Counted from the first letter of the stretch, positions 32,800 to 47,210 are shown. The stretch: 64,000 nucleotides of DNA from Mustelus asterias (GCF_964213995.1 NC_135834.1:11222001-11286000); one strand, 5' to 3'. Numbers and translations are program-made. The notes: generated by a model from the letters alone, not told the origin.

Positions 32800-35330
32800 G
32801 GCAATCAGATAGAACACCCGGCCTGTTTTTATGATTTTCCTGGGGACCCAGGCTCGACCAAATTATCTAAAATGATCCATCACCCTGAACGGTATTGTGA
32901 TATCCTTTTTGTATACCTTGATTCATTTCCACCTTCCCCACTAAATTTTGAAACAGCAGGTTAAGTCTTGTCTGGAGGCACCTCCCCATTAGTAGCTCTA
33001 TGGGGTATTCCTGCATAGTAACATGTGGTGTTGTCCTGTAAGTGAGGAAGTGTGCCCGGCTGCTTTATCATCGCTGACCTGAAAGTCTTGACAGCTCTTT
33101 CTTCTCAGCCATTCAAGACTGGGTGATAGGGTGCCATGTGCACATGTTTTCTGTTATTTTTCATAAAATGCTGAAATTCTGTTCCTGTAAAGGCAGTGCC
33201 ATTATCAGAGACCAAAACCTCTGACAGGCCATGCGTAGCAAAAAAATTGTCGTAGTTTTTCGATCGTTGTAGATGAAGTTGTTGTTTTCATTTCATGAAT
33301 ATCAAACCACTTGGAACAGACATCAATGATAATTAGGAACATAGTGCCCATAAAAGGACTAGCAAAGTCAACATGTAACCACGCCAAGGTCAGCCAGACC
33401 ACTCTATGGGGGGCAAGTGTGCCAAAGGAGGGAGTGTCTGTTGTGATTGGCATTGATCACAATACTTTACGAGATTGTCAATATCTTTATCAATGCCCGG
33501 CCACCAAATATAACTTCTTAAGAGCATTTTCATTTGAGTCAGACCTGGATGAGCATTGTGTAACTCCTGCAGTAACGTTCCTCTTGCTGGGCCAGGAACC
33601 ACTGCTCTAGACCCCCACAGTAACACTCCACCCTCACACCTCACTTGTCTTTGTGGAGCTGGAGAGGTTTGAATTGGTCCGACAAGTCGAAGTGCCATCC
33701 ATGGAAAACCATCCGCCTTACTCTGGACAGGACTGGGTCTCTTTCAGTCCAATTCCTGATTTGCTTTGACGATACCGGCAGCGTATCCAAGAAGTTGAGA
33801 GCTAACACTGATGGTGGTGATATTCTTTGAGGCAGAGGAAGGCGACTCAGAGCCTCTGCATTTGATATTTTGGTACCTGGTTTATGTTGGAGCATGTAGT
33901 TGTATGCTTCTAGAGGTAAAGCCGGCTGGGGGACTCTGGCTGACGCAATAGGAGGAATAGGCTTGACTTCGCAAAATAACCCTAACAGTGGCTGTGATCA
34001 GCGATGATCACAAAGTGACGCCCGTAAACATACTGATGGAATTTTTTAACTCCGTAAATAATGGGTAGTCCTTTCTTTCCAATTTGGGAGTATTTTCTCT
34101 CAGCATCAGTTAGGGTTCTTGATGCAAAGGCAAGATGGGCCTTTTTACGCCATCTTCCATTCTATGAGACAAAACTGCCCCAATGCCAACTGGTGAAGCA
34201 TTGCACGTTAGGATTATTTCTCTTTTTGGGTCAAAATGGACGAACAAATCTGAAGATTGTAAAACAAATTTAACTTTCTCGAAAGCTTCTTTTTGTCTAC
34301 CAACATTGATAGTTCAAAAGTAATGTTGATAGATTTGGTATAAACCTGCCAGCATAATTAACCAAAATGAAATCAGTTCTGACACATTTATAGGTGCTGG
34401 TGCTTCCTTTATAGCTTTTACTTTTTTTTTCAAGAGGGTGTAGCCCCTTGCCATCGACTTTAAATCCAATGGAAGTGAACTCGTGGACCTCTCTCTTTTA
34501 AGTCGCATCCCCACCTCTTTGAATCTCTTGAGCACCTCTTCGAGATTTGCCAAATGCTCTTCTGGGGAAACTCCTGTTAAGACATCATCTAGGCATGCCA
34601 CTAGAACAAAGAACAGTACAGCACAGGAACAGGCCTTTCAGCCCACCAAACCTGCGCCAACACATGATAGTTCTTTACGTCACAAACAAATCCGTCTTAC
34701 AGCATGTCACTTAGCGAACGTCCAAATTTGCATGGCTCAGTCAATTTTCTTAGTCTTGCCATATATGTTGCAATCGACTCCCCTGGATCCCTTACAGCAG
34801 AGTTAAACTTAAAACACTGCATGATGATCGACGGTCTAGGGTTATAACAATCCTTAACCAAAGCCTCAAGGTGGTAACAAAATATTTAGTATCCATAGTT
34901 TCTATGGATTTTAAAACTCTAATAAGTTTGAAAGTTCGAGGTGCACATACTGTAAGCAGAATGGCTTTTTGCTTATCTTCACCTGTTTTCATTTCATTAG
35001 TGGTGAAGAAATAGCAAAGTCTTTCAATATACTGAGCCCAGTGTTCAGCCTCTAGATCGAAAGGATCAATTTTCTCAAAAAGGGGCATTTTTTACTTACT
35101 CTTGCTGCAGAGATTTATTTATTTCGTCACAGGCAGACTTTCTTCCCCCCCTTGATTCCAAGAGCTGGTGACTGTAGTCCTGATTTACCTCATTGTCAAA
35201 TGTAATAATTGTGAGGCTCTACGATTACTTGGCAGGTAAAAGTAATTGATTTACTTATTCGGAAAGAACTATTTACAAAGGAGGACAAAAAAGACCTCCA
35301 TACCCTTCAACTCCCAAGGGTCAACTGCCG
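32800..35330 (-). mobile_element. Ty3/Gypsy LTR retrotransposon relic (gag start, RT end, RNaseH, integrase), internally deleted
   Basis: Gag-like IDPFDLEAEHWAQYIERL..KAILLTVC; CLDDVL..EEHLANLEEVLKRF; integrase zinc finger LHNAHPG..WWPGIDKDI..CDQCQ and core LHVDFASPF..LIIIDV.SKW; RT-RH-IN order. Confidence 0.9.
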
Positions 35331-36052
35331 AGTTCAACCACTAATCTCCAACTGCCAGCCTTCAAACTGCTGTAACGTGGGCTTGGACTTGTGCTCCACC
35401 TCCGCAGAATGTGAGTTTGGACTCACATTCAACTGCCGCTCCGCGGTCAATGCCCCATGCTCTCCCACCGCTCTGTGTCCCCGAACCCACGCTAAACCGC
35501 CACATATCATGCTCTGCTGCACAACCACAAAGGTCTTACAAAATGTATGTTTGCAACACTATATGCCATTAGATTATCTAACTTTAAAAATTCTTGTATA
35601 ATAATCCAATATAAAGTTGAATAAGTACAAAGTTGCAATTAACTCTTTCAGCAAACACTCAGATAAATCGAAACGAGAGAACCTTCTTAAGCTCCACCCA
35701 TCTTCATGACAACATAGACTGTCCTCAAATCGACTTTTAGCTTAATTATCCCGCATTTACAATTTCTTCTTTGATCTGATTTAGTAAGTGGGTCTTACAA
35801 CCCTTCAGGGTTTACTGGATGCTTTTAAATTAATTTTGCTCGACCTCACACGCAAAAACATTTCTCTGGAAAGCCATTACTGCAGGAATTGCGGACATCA
35901 TATCTCCAGGTGTAAATAAGCCCACCTCTTATTTTATGATCTTAACTTCTTAAGGCAACATGGCCCCAAATGTTTACATGTAATAGGCTCCAAGTTGCTT
36001 TAATTGCATTTGTTCCATACAGTTAAAGTTTAATTGCTAAAATTATAGGATG

Positions 36053-36365
36053 TCATAGAATCCCTACAGTGCGGAAGGAGGCCATTTGGTCCATCGAGTC
36101 TCACCGACCACAATCGCACACAGGCCCTATTCCCGTAACCCCACATATTTACCCTGCTAATCCCCTGACACTAAGAGGCAATTTAGCATGGCCAATCAAC
36201 CTAGCCTGCACATCTTTGGACTGTGGGAGGAAACCAGAGCACCTGGAGGAAACCCACGCAGACATGGGGAGAATGTGCAAACTCCGCACAGACAGTGACC
36301 TAAACCAGGATTTGAACCCAGGACCCTGGCGCTGTGAGGCAGCAGCGCTAACCACTGTGCCGCCC
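36053..36365 (-). mobile_element. Full-length tRNA-SINE
   Basis: Complete head to tail reverse complement of the family at 46882. Confidence 0.85.
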
Positions 36366-36699
36366 TTAAATTAAAAATTATATATATGGACCATGAACTA
36401 GATATTCACAACAACATTCTAAAGTGCTTCACAGGAGACAAATGGGGAATTATTAGGGCAGCTAAAACTGCAGGGCTACAGCAATAGAGCGGGGAAATGG
36501 GACTGACTGGTTTGCTCCACAGGAAGCCAGCATAGACTCAACAGGCAAAAGGTCTCCTTCTTTGCTGGAATAACTAGATTTTCTTTTAAACGGGAAAACT
36601 TCCTCAGTGATGACTAGCTCTGCTTTGAAAATGACAAAAACTCATACATTGATGCTTCTGAATTGAGCACACATTAGAAAAGTAGTATCTAAATAACAA

Positions 36700-37205
36700 C
36701 AGCAATAGTATCTTTAATGTAACAAAACTTCCCAAGGTGCTTCACAGGAGCATTATAAAAAAAGGTTTGACATCAAGCCACATAAGGAAATATTGGATCC
36801 AATGAACAAAAGCTTGGTCAAAGAGGTGGGTTTTAAGATGTGGCTTAAAGGATGAAGGAGATGGAGAGGTGTAGGGAGGAAATTCCAGAGCTTGGGGTGA
36901 GGCAACTGAAGGCACAGCCACCAAGTGTGGAGCAATTAGAATTGGGTGGCACAGCGGCAAGCACTACTACCTCACAGCGCCAGGAACCCGAGTTTGATTA
37001 CAGCCTTGGGCAACTGTCTCTGTGAAGTTTGCACGTTCTTCCTGTGTCTGCGTGGGTTTCCTTCAGGTGCTCGGTGTCCTCCCACAGTCAAAGATGTGCA
37101 AGTTAAGTGGATTGGCCGTGCTAAACCGACTGTGGTGCACCTATCCTTAAAGCAAAAGTTTATTTATTATTAGGCTTATATTAACACTGTAATGAAGTTA
37201 CTGTG
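36700..37205. mobile_element. L2-type 3' fragment (-) followed by a tRNA-SINE (+, 36943-37125) and an inverted SINE tail
   Basis: FKPHLKTHLFDQAF and KLWNFLP motifs on the - strand; SINE head GGTGGCACAGCGG. Confidence 0.65.
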
Positions 37206-40200
37206 AAAATTGTGCAAATGGATTTGCAGGATCTTGCAGAGGCAGCGCTGATGGTACTTCTCCAGGTTTTGACGTGTTTCCTGTACATAGTGCACATCTC
37301 TGAGCCATATAGGAGGGCAGGTATAGACCATGTGTGGACCATGAGCTTGATGCTGGGTCTGAAGTCCTGGCCTTCAAACATTGTCTTCATCAGGTGACCA
37401 AAGGCTGCGTTGGCACACTGAAGGCAGTGTTGAACTTCATCGTCGATGTTGGCACTTGTTGACAGTAATCTCCCAAGGTATGGAAAGTGGTCCACGTTGT
37501 CCAAGGCCTCATTGTGGATTTTGATAATGGGTGGGTGGGTGGGGGTGCAGTGTTGTATGGGGGGGGGGGGGGGGGGGGGCGGCGCAGGTTGATAGAGGAG
37601 CTCTGTCTTATGGATATTTAGTTTAAGGCCCATGCTCTTGTACACAAAGGTGTTAACAATGGATTGGAGCTCAGCCTCCGAGTGTGCACAGATGCAAGCA
37701 TTGTCTGCATAGTGTATTTCAATGACAGATGAAGGGGCAACTTTGAATCTGGCCTGTGGCGGCAGAGGTTGAACAGATTCCTGTTTGATCTGTAGTTTAG
37801 TTCCACCCCCTTGCTGAGGGCAAGATGGGGCTTTGCAGCAAAAAAGATCGAGAAGAGCGTCAGTGCGATGACACAGCCTTGCGCTAACCCAGTCCGAATC
37901 TGAATTGGGTCTGTGATGGATCTGTTGGGTCAGGATCACGGTTGCATGTCATTGTGGGACTGGTGAAGGATGGTGAGAAACTTTTGGGGGCAGCCGAAAT
38001 GGAGGAGGACACTCCATAATCCCTTGCGTTTGACAGTGTCAAAGGCCTTTGTGAGGTCAAAGAAGATCATGTACAAGGGTTGGTGCTGTTCCCTGAATTT
38101 CTCTTGTAGTTGCCGTGCAGTATAGATCAAGTCCATTGTGCTCCTTAGTGAGCGGAATCCACATTGCGATTCTGGGAGGAGCTCTTCAGCCACAGGGAGG
38201 AGGCAACTGAGGACTCTTGCGATGTCCTTCCCCATGGACAACAGCAGGGAAATTCATCTGTAGTTATTGCAGTCAGACTTGTCACCTTTCTTGACAATGG
38301 TCACGATTATGGCATCTCTGACTTCTCCTGGCATATTCTCCTCATTCCAGATAAGGGAAATGAGGTCATATATTCACACAAATAGTGCTTCTCCGCCATG
38401 TTTTATTGCTTTGGCGGGGATTCCATCTGCTTCTGCTGTATTGTTGTTGTTTAGCTGTTGGATGGTTTATTTCAACCTGTGCTGGGTTGGGGTTGTACTG
38501 AGATGGTGGCGGGCAGCATGCTGCAGGATGGATTAGAGGACACTTGCACTGAGTACTGAGTCTCTGTTAACGGGGTCTTTAAAGTACTCCTGGGAGTCAT
38601 CAGGTTGGCAGTGAGGCGCTGGCTGAATAGGGCTCCCTTATCAGGATCTTTGAGTACCTCAGCGTTGATTTTCCTGCAGCATTGTTTCTGTTGCCATTGC
38701 TGCTTTGGAGCTACATTATGTTGATCACAGAGTGGATTAGACGGTAGTCTGTCCAGTAGTTGTCAGTTTCTGTCATGGCGTGGGTAATACCCACATCCTT
38801 GCGGTCCCTAGCTCGAATGATGATGCAGTCGAGCAGACGCCAGTCTTTGCAGCAAGGGTGTTGCCATGAGAACATAAGAACGTAAGAACTAGGAGCAGGA
38901 GTAGGCCATCTGGCCCCTCGAGCCTGCTCCGCCATTCAATAAGATCATGGCTGATCTTTTCATGGACTCAGCTCCACTTACCCGCCCGCTCACCATACCT
39001 CTTAATTCCTTTACTGTTCAAAAATCTATCTATCCTTGCCTTAAAAACATTCAATGAGGTAGCCTCAACTGCTTCACTGGGCAGGGAATTCCACAGATTC
39101 ATAACCCTTTATGTGAAGAAGTTCCTCCTCAACTCAGTCCTAAATCTGCTCCCCCTTATTTTGAGGCCATGCCCCCGAGTTCTAGTTTCACCCGCCTGTG
39201 GAAACAACTTCCCTGCTTCTACCTTATCTATTCCCTTCATAATCTTATATGGTTCTATTAGATCTCCCCTCATTCTTCTGAATTCCAGTGAGTATAGCCC
39301 CAGTCTACTCAGTCTCTCCTCATAAGCCAACCCTCTCAACTCCAGAATCAACCGAGTGAATCTCCTCTGTACCCCTTCCAGTGCCAGTATATCCTTTCTC
39401 AAGTAAGGAGACCAAAAGTGTACACAGTACTCCAGGTGTGGCCTCACCAGCTGCAACATTACCTCGCTGTTTTTAAACTCCATCCCTCCAGCATTGAAGG
39501 AGAAAATTCAATTTGCCTTCTTAATCACCTGCTGTACCTGCAAACCAACTTTTTGTGATTCTTGCACAAGGACAACCAGGTCCCTCTGCACAGCAACATG
39601 CTGCAATTTTTTACCATTTAAATAATAGTCCATTTTGCTGTTATTCCTACCAAAATGGATGACCTTACATTTACCAACATTGTACTCAATGAGGCCTTGT
39701 ACTTGTCTCTCTGATGGAACAAGGTTCTAGTCATTTTGTCAGGAGTGAGGTACTGTTGGATTTCCCTACCCCCTTTATGCAGATTACAGCTTTTCAACTC
39801 TGGTGTTGAAGTTGCCAATGAGGATCAGCTTGTCGCCCATTGAGTCTCAGGCCAAGGACTGTTCCAGGCTGGAGTAAAATTCTTCTTTGGACTCATCTGT
39901 AGCTTCCATTGTTGGGGTGTATACGCTGAGGACTGTAGCTCACTGGTTCTGGGCAAGGGTGTACCGAAGGGTCATGAGGCATTTGTCTATCCCACAAGGG
40001 GAGTTTCTGAGACGGCTGACTAGTTTATTTATAATGGCGAATCGTGGAGAAGGCAATCTTCTTCTGGTTTACCTTTCCAGGAGGTGGTGTAACTGCCACC
40101 TTGTTCCTTGAGGCTGGCCTTCCCCTGCCTGCTGGGTCTCATTTAGGGTGGCGATATCAATGTTGAAATGTCCCAGCTCGCAGATAACGATAGCAGTATG

Positions 40201-40435
40201 TCATTCTGGTCTGTCACTGTTGGGTTGTCCACAGGGTTCTGATGTTCCAGGTCCCGAACTTCATTTTAAGGGGTGGAGAATGCCTGTGTACGAGTTCTTT
40301 AAACATGGGGTGGCCGCTGCTCACCAACTACCCACGGGCTTGACAGAGTAAGGCCCAGTGGCAAGGGAGTCCAAGATGACCGGAGACCAGGCACCGCATT
40401 GGGCCTAGGATTACAAGCCAAATACTCCGACTGTC
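37205..40435 (-). mobile_element. RTE-clade LINE, near full length but decayed, interrupted by CR1
   Basis: LLPESQCGFR..STMDLIYTARQLQEK..DLTKAFDTV..GCPQKF, YADN, VDHFPYLG; endonuclease remnants at 39700-40260. Confidence 0.9.
38871..39688 (-). mobile_element. CR1 LINE 3' fragment nested in the RTE
   Basis: LVRPHLEYC..LEGVQRRFTR..RGDLIE; ATGAG duplicated at 38866-38870 and 39689-39693; RTE peptide HQRDKYKAS|WQHP is split across it. Confidence 0.92.
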
Positions 40436-40520
40436 CTCCTTTTTCGTTCCCACAGGACCTCTCTCCCTGGGATTCATAAAGTGCAGTGGCAACCTCATTA
40501 ACTCAGGAGGATGGCACTGG

Positions 40521-43500
40521 CCTCTCACTGTGAATGGCCCCATTGCTCCTCTCTCTCTCACTGTGAATGGTCCCATTGCTCCTCTCTCGCTGTGAATGTT
40601 CCCATTGCTCCTCTCTCGCTGTGAATGGCCCCATTGCTCCTCTCTCACTGTGAATGTTCCCATTGCTCCTCTCTCACTGTGAATGTCCCCATTGCTCCTC
40701 TCTCACTGTGAATGTCCCCATTGCTCCTCTCTCTCTCACTGTGAATGGCCCCATTGCTCCTCTCTCACTGTGAATGTTCCCATTGCTCCTCTCTCACTGT
40801 GAATGTCCCCATTGCTCCTCTCTCACTGTGAATGTCCCCATTGCTCCTCTCTCACTGTGAATGTCCCCATTGCTCCTCTCTCTCTCTGAATGTTCCCATT
40901 GCTCCTCTCTCTCTCTCGCTGCGAATGGTCCCATTGCTCCTCTCTCACTGTGAATGTTCCCATTGCTCCTCTCTCACTGTGAATGTCCCCATTGCTCCTC
41001 TCTCACTGTGAATGTCCCCATTGCTCCTCTCTCACTGTGAATGTTCCCATTGCTCCTCTCTCACTCACTGTGAATGGCCCCATTGCTCCTCTCTCACTGT
41101 GAATGTCCCCATTGCTCCTCTCTCACTGTGAATGTTCCCATTGCTCCTCTCTCACTGTGAATGTCCCCATTGCTCCTCTCTCACTGTGAATGTCCCCATT
41201 GCTCCTCTCTCTCTCACTGTGAATGGCCCCATTGCTCCTCTCTCACTGTGAATGTTCCCATTGCTCCTCTCTCACTGTGAATGTCCCCATTGCTCCTCTC
41301 TCACTGTGAATGTCCCCATTGCTCCTCTCTCACTGTGAATGTCCCCATTGCTCCTCTCTCTCTCTGAATGTTCCCATTGCTCCTCTCTCTCTCGCTGCGA
41401 ATGGCCCCATTGCTCCTCTCTCACTGTGAATGTTCCCATTGCTCCTCTCTCACTGTGAATGTCCCCATTGCTCCTCTCTCTCTCTGAATGTTCCCATTGC
41501 TCCTCTCTCTCTCGCTGTGAATGGCCCCATTGCTCCTCTCTCACTGTGAATGGCCCCATTGCTCCTCTCTCTCTCGCTGTGAATGGCCCCATTGCTCCTC
41601 TCTCTCTCACTGTGAATGGCCCCATTGCTCCTCTCTCACTGTGAATGTTCCCATTGCTCCTCTCTCACTGTGAGTGTCCCCATTGCTCCTCTCTCACTGT
41701 GAATGGCCCCATTGCTCCTCTCTCTCTCACTGTGAATGGGCCCATTGCTCCTCTCTCACTGTGAATGTCCCCATTGCTCCTCTCTCTCTCTCACTATGAA
41801 TGGCTCCATTGCTCCTCTCTCACTGTGAATGGCCTCATTGCTCCTCTCTCACTGTGAATGTTCCCATTGCTCCTCTCTCACTGTGAGTGTCCCCATTGCT
41901 CCTCTCTCTCTCTCGCTGTGAATGTCCCCATTGCTCCTCTCTCACTGTGAATGTCCCCATTGCTCCTCTCTCTCTCGCTGTGAATGGCCTCATTGCTCCT
42001 CTCTCACTGTGAATGTCCCCATTGCTCCTCTCTCACTGTGAATGTTCCCATTGCTCCTCTCTCTCTCACTGTGAATGTTCCCATTGCTCCTCTCTCTCTC
42101 GCTGTGAATGGCCTCATTGCTCCTCTCTCACTGTGAATGTCCCCATTGCTCCTCTCTCACTGTGAATGTTCCCATTGCTCCTCTCTCTCTCGCTGTGAAT
42201 GGCCTCATTGCTCCTCTCTCACTGTGAATGTCCCCATTGCTCCTCTCTCACTGTGAATGTCCCCATTGCTCCTCTCTCACTGTGAATGTCCCCATTGCTC
42301 CTCTCTCACTGTGAATGTCCCCATTGCTCCTCTCTCACTGTGAATGTCCCCATTGCTCCTCTCTCAGTGTGAATGGCCCCATTGCTCCTCTCTCACTATG
42401 AATGTCCCCATTGCTCCTCTCTCACTGTGAGTGGCCCCATTGCTGCTCTCTCACTGTGAATGTTCCCATTGCTCCTCTCTCACTGTGAATGGCCCCATTG
42501 CTCCTCTCTCACTGTGAATGTCCCCATTGCTCCTCTCTCACTGTGAATGTCCCCATTGCTCCTCTCTCTCTCGCTGTGAATGGCCTCATTGCTCCTCTCT
42601 CACTGTGAATGTCCCCATTGCTCCTCTCTCACTGTGAATGTTCCCATTGCTCCTCTCTCTCTCACTGTGAATGTTCCCATTGCTCCTCTCTCTCTCGCTG
42701 TGAATGGCCTCATTGCTCCTCTCTCACTGTGAATGTTCCCATTGCTCCTCTCTCTCTCGCTGTGAATGGCCTCATTGCTCCTCTCTCACTGTGAATGTCC
42801 CCATTGCTCCTCTCTCACTGTGAATGTCCCCATTGCTCCTCTCTCACTGTGAATGTCCCCATTGCTCCTCTCTCACTGTGAATGTCCCCATTGCTCCTCT
42901 CTCACTGTGAATGGCCCCATTGCTCCTCTCTCAGTGTGAATGGCCCCATTGCTCCTCTCTCACTATGAATGTCCCCATTGCTCCTCTCTCACTGTGAGTG
43001 GCCCCATTGCTCCTCTCTCACTGTGAATGTTCCCATTGCTCCTCTCTCACTGTGAATGGCCCCATTGCTCCTCTCTCACTGTGAATGTCCCCATTGCTCC
43101 TCTCTCATTGTGAATGGCCCCATTGCTCCTCTCTCACTGTGAATGTCCCCATTGCTCCTCTCACTTTGTGAATGTCCCCATTGCTCCTCTCTCACTGTGA
43201 ATGTCCCCATTGCTCCTCTCACTTTGTGAATGTCCCCATTGCTCCTCTCTCACTGTGAATGGCCCCATTGCTCCTCTCTCGCTGTGAATGGCCCCATTGC
43301 TCCTCTCTCAGTGAATGACCCCATTGCTCCTCTCTCTCTGTGAATGTCCCCATTGCTCCTCTCTCTCTGTGAATGTCCCCATTGCTCCTCTCTCTCTGTG
43401 AATGTTCCCATTGCTCCTCTCTCACTGTGAATGTTCCCATTGCTCCTCTCTCTCTCGCTGCGAATGGCCCCATTGCTCCTCTCTCGCTGTGAATGGCCCC

Positions 43501-45167
43501 ATTGCTCCTCTCTCTTTGTGAATGTCCCCATTGCTCCTCTCTCTCTCTGAATGTTCCCATTGCTCCTCTCTCTCTCACTGTGAATGTCCCCATTGCTCCT
43601 CTCTCACTGTGAATGTCCCCATTGCTCCTCTCTCTCTGTGAATGTCCCCATTGCTCCTCTCTCTCTCTGAATGTTCCCATTGCTCCTCTCTCTCTCTGAA
43701 TGTTCCCATTGCTCCTCTCTCTCTCGCTGCGAATGGCCCCATTGCTCCTCTCTCACTGTGAATGGCCCCATTGCTCCTCTCTCACTGTGAATGTTCCCAC
43801 TGCTCCTCTCTCACTGTGAATGGCCCCATTGCTCCTCTCTCGCTGTGAATGTCCCCATTGCTCCTCTCTCACTGTGAATGTCCCCATTGCTCCTCTCTCA
43901 CTGTGAATGTCCCCATTGCTCCTCTCTCACTGTGAATGTCCCCATTGCTCCTCTCTCTCTGTGAATGTCCCCATTGCTCCTCTCTCAGTGTGAATGTCCC
44001 CATTGCTCCTCTCTCACTGTGAATGTCCCCATTGCTCCTCTCTCTCTGTGAATGTCCCCATTGCTCCTCTCTCACTGTGAATGTCCCCATTGCTCCTCTC
44101 TCTCTGTGAATGTTCCCATTGCTCCTCTCTCTCTGTGAATGTTCCCATTGCTCCTCTCTCTCTGTGAATGTCCCCATTGCTCCTCTCTCTCTGTGAATGT
44201 CCCCATTGCTCCTCTCTCTCTCTGAATGTTCCCATTGCTCCTCTCTCTCTCGCTGTGAATGACCCCATTGCTCCTCTCTCTCTGTGAATGTCCCCATTGC
44301 TCCTCTCTCTCTGTGAATGTCCCCATTGCTCCTCTCTCTCTCTGAATGTTCCCATTGCTCCTCTCTCTCTCGCTGTGAATGTCCCCATTGCTCCTCTCTC
44401 TCTGTGAATGGCCCCATTGCTCCTCTCTCACTGTGAATGTCCCCATTGCTCCTCTCTCTCTGTGAATGTCCCCATTGCTCCTCTCTCACTGTGAATGGCC
44501 CCATTGCTCCTCTCTCACTGTGAATGTTCCCACTGCTCCTCTCTCGCTGTGAATGGCCCCATTGCTCCTCTCTCACTGTGAATGTCCCCATTGCTCCTCT
44601 CTCACTGTGAATGTCCCCATTGCTCCTCTCTCTTTGTGAATGTCCCCATTGCTCCTCTCTCTTTGTGAATGTCCCCATTGCTCCTCTCTCTCTGTGAATG
44701 GCCCCATTGCTCCTCTCTCACTGTGAATGTCCCCATTGCTCCTCTCTCTCTGTGAATGTCCCCATTGCTCCTCTCTCTCTCTGAATGTTCCCATTGCTCC
44801 TCTCTCTCTCGCTGCGAATGGCCCCATTGCTCCTCTCTCACTGTGAATGGCCCCATTGCTCCTCTCTCACTGTGAATGTTCCCACTGCTCCTCTCTCGCT
44901 GTGAATGGCCCCATTGCTCCTCTCTCACTGTGAATGGCCCCATTGCTCCTCTCTCTCTCGCTGTGAATGGCCCCATATATCCTCTCTCACTGTGAATGTT
45001 CCCATTGCTCCTCTCTCGCTGTGAATGGCCCCATTGCTCCTCTCTCACTGTGAATGTTCCCATTGCTCCTCTCTCACTGTGAATGTTCCCATTGCTCCTC
45101 TCTCTCTCTGAATGTCCCCATTGCTCCCCTCTCTCACTGTGAATGGTCCAGCTACTCCTCTCTCACT
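40521..45167. repeat. Minisatellite, ~29-33 bp unit CCCATTGCTCCTCTCTCACTGTGAATG(T/G)(C/T), about 4.6 kb, roughly 150 units
   Basis: Direct tandem repeats with variable (CT)n length and point variants. Confidence 0.98.
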
Positions 45168-46881
45168 CTTCTGGGTAGTGGTTAATGCCTTCGGGTCCTT
45201 TTCCCCCGCTCTTCTAAGTAGTGGTAACTGCCTCCGGGTTCTCTTTTCACCCATTGCTTGATCAGGAACAATTGCGGGTCAGCGAGCACAGGGGTGATAG
45301 AGGAATAGGACTTGCTGCAACTTTGGCAGCAGAATTTTAGATTACCTCAATTCTAACAAGAGTCAGAAGATAAATGCACTTTTGGGAGACCTCAGTAAAC
45401 ATTTTTGTACTCTAACCAGGAGCACTGACACACTATTGTTGCATTGTAGTTCCATGTGCATCTTGTCAGTCACCCAGTTTGATAGTCTTAACACTTAAAC
45501 TCAGCATATGAATGTCAGTACCTGGTTTGTAATAAGTTAGCTGAGCTCAACCAGAGTCGCCTTATCAGTATGATAGCTGGCCTGGTTAAAAAGAAGAAAA
45601 ATCAGTTTTCTCCTGCTTACTGCACAGTAAATTCTACTGGACAGGTGGAAGGTATAATTAGTTTTTGTGAGGACAACCCTACCCCATGCACCCATCTCAC
45701 CCATACACAGCTGAACTACTGAAAGCTATCAGCACCCATGGAATGTAGAATGGATTCAGCTGTACTACATGAGCTGGCCCTTGAGAAAAGAATGAAACAT
45801 GGATGGAACCAGCCACGAATGTTTTTACCATGTCATAGACTATTAGCACAAACTCTTTTCCCTAAATCACAAGAGCAGAACATTTCAGCTATAGTCTGAA
45901 AAATACCGCAGATCCATAGTTAATATTACTTTATCCTAGCACCAGATGACTTGGGAGCTATGACGCACAGTGTATCGTCGAATGTCAAACAACCAATCCC
46001 AAAATCAATTGTGACTTCATAGAAAAGTAAAAGTTTGTATAGTTGATGCATGTTGACAAGCACAACATTCACTGTCTGGGGTCACATGTTAAGAACTGCC
46101 ACTTAGTCTAAGTACCAAAAGCAACTAGCATGCATGAAACAAAGTGGGGGGGAAGACAAAGTGAAGTCAGGCATTTAAAATGTTGCACAATTGACTACTT
46201 TAAAGTATATTCAGCAATAAAACTAATATTTTTTGAACTTAGTGCAAGGTTAAATGAGAAGTTTTACCCTTGGCTGGGATTTAGGCCCACAGCTTGTCAA
46301 TCTTACCAAACCGCTGCTCTCCTTTTGAGCCTCAAGTGGTGGGAAGCCAGCACCTAGAAGTTTGATTCCTCCCTTATCTGGACTTTGCACCTAGGAACAT
46401 ATATAGGAACAGGAGTAAGTTATTCTGCCCAGTGAGCAGTCCACATTTTGTTAGCCAGCTGCATTCCAAAACCAATTTTCTATCCTTACTTCAACAACAC
46501 TGATTAGCATTTATATAGCACCTTTAACGTAGTAAAATTATGGTACCTCACGGGAGTGGGTAACAAATTTTAATATCAAGTCACATGAGGAGATATTATG
46601 ACAGGTGAGCAAAGGCTTGGCCAAAGAGATAGGTTTTGTTTATTTAACAAGCATCTTAAAGGAAGAGAGGGAGGTTGGGAGAAAATTTGAGTTTAGGGTC
46701 TGTACAGCTGAAGGCACAGTTGCCAATGGTGGAGTAAGGAAAATTGGTGATGGGCAAAATAAACTGATGAGCAGAAAAGACCAATTGGTCCATCAAGCCT
46801 GTTCCCCCACCATGATGGCTGAGGCATCATGGCTATACACTTCCTTGCTCAAGGGCAATATTCCAGGTATGGTCCAACCAA

Positions 46882-47210
46882 GGGCGGCACGGTAGCACAG
46901 TGGTTAGCACTGCTGCTTCACAGCTCCAGGGTCCTGGGTTCGATTCCCGGCTCGGGTCACTGTCTGTGTGGAGTTTGCACATTCTCCTCGTGTTTGCGTG
47001 GGTTTCCTCCGGGTGCTCCGGTTTCCTCCCACAGTCCAAAGATGTGCGGGTTAGGTTGATTGGCCAGGTTAAAATTGCCCCTGAGATGTGTAGGTTAGAG
47101 GGATTAGCGGGTAAATATGTGGGGGTAGGGCCTGGGTGGGATTGTGGTCGGTGCAGACTCGATGGGCCGAATGGCCTCCTTCTGCACTGTAGGGTTTCTA
47201 TGATTTCTAT
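46882..47210 (+). mobile_element. Full-length tRNA-SINE
   Basis: GGGCGGCACGGTAGCACAGTGGTTAGC..GGTTCGATTCCC..GGGCCGAATGGCCTCCTTCTGCACTGTAGG with a CR1-like tail. Confidence 0.9.

Noticed and set aside
40290-40420. Possible HDV-like ribozyme at the RTE 5' end (- strand)
   Set aside because: A P3/L3-like TGG-ACTCCCTTG-CCA is present, but I could not fit P1, P2 and J4/2 by eye; needs an RNArobo or Infernal search.
40328-45254. ORFs up to 269 aa with (REEQWGHSQ/RGAMGTFT)n, and a superficial CRISPR-like look
   Set aside because: Translations of the minisatellite; there are no unique spacers or cas genes and the DNA is vertebrate.
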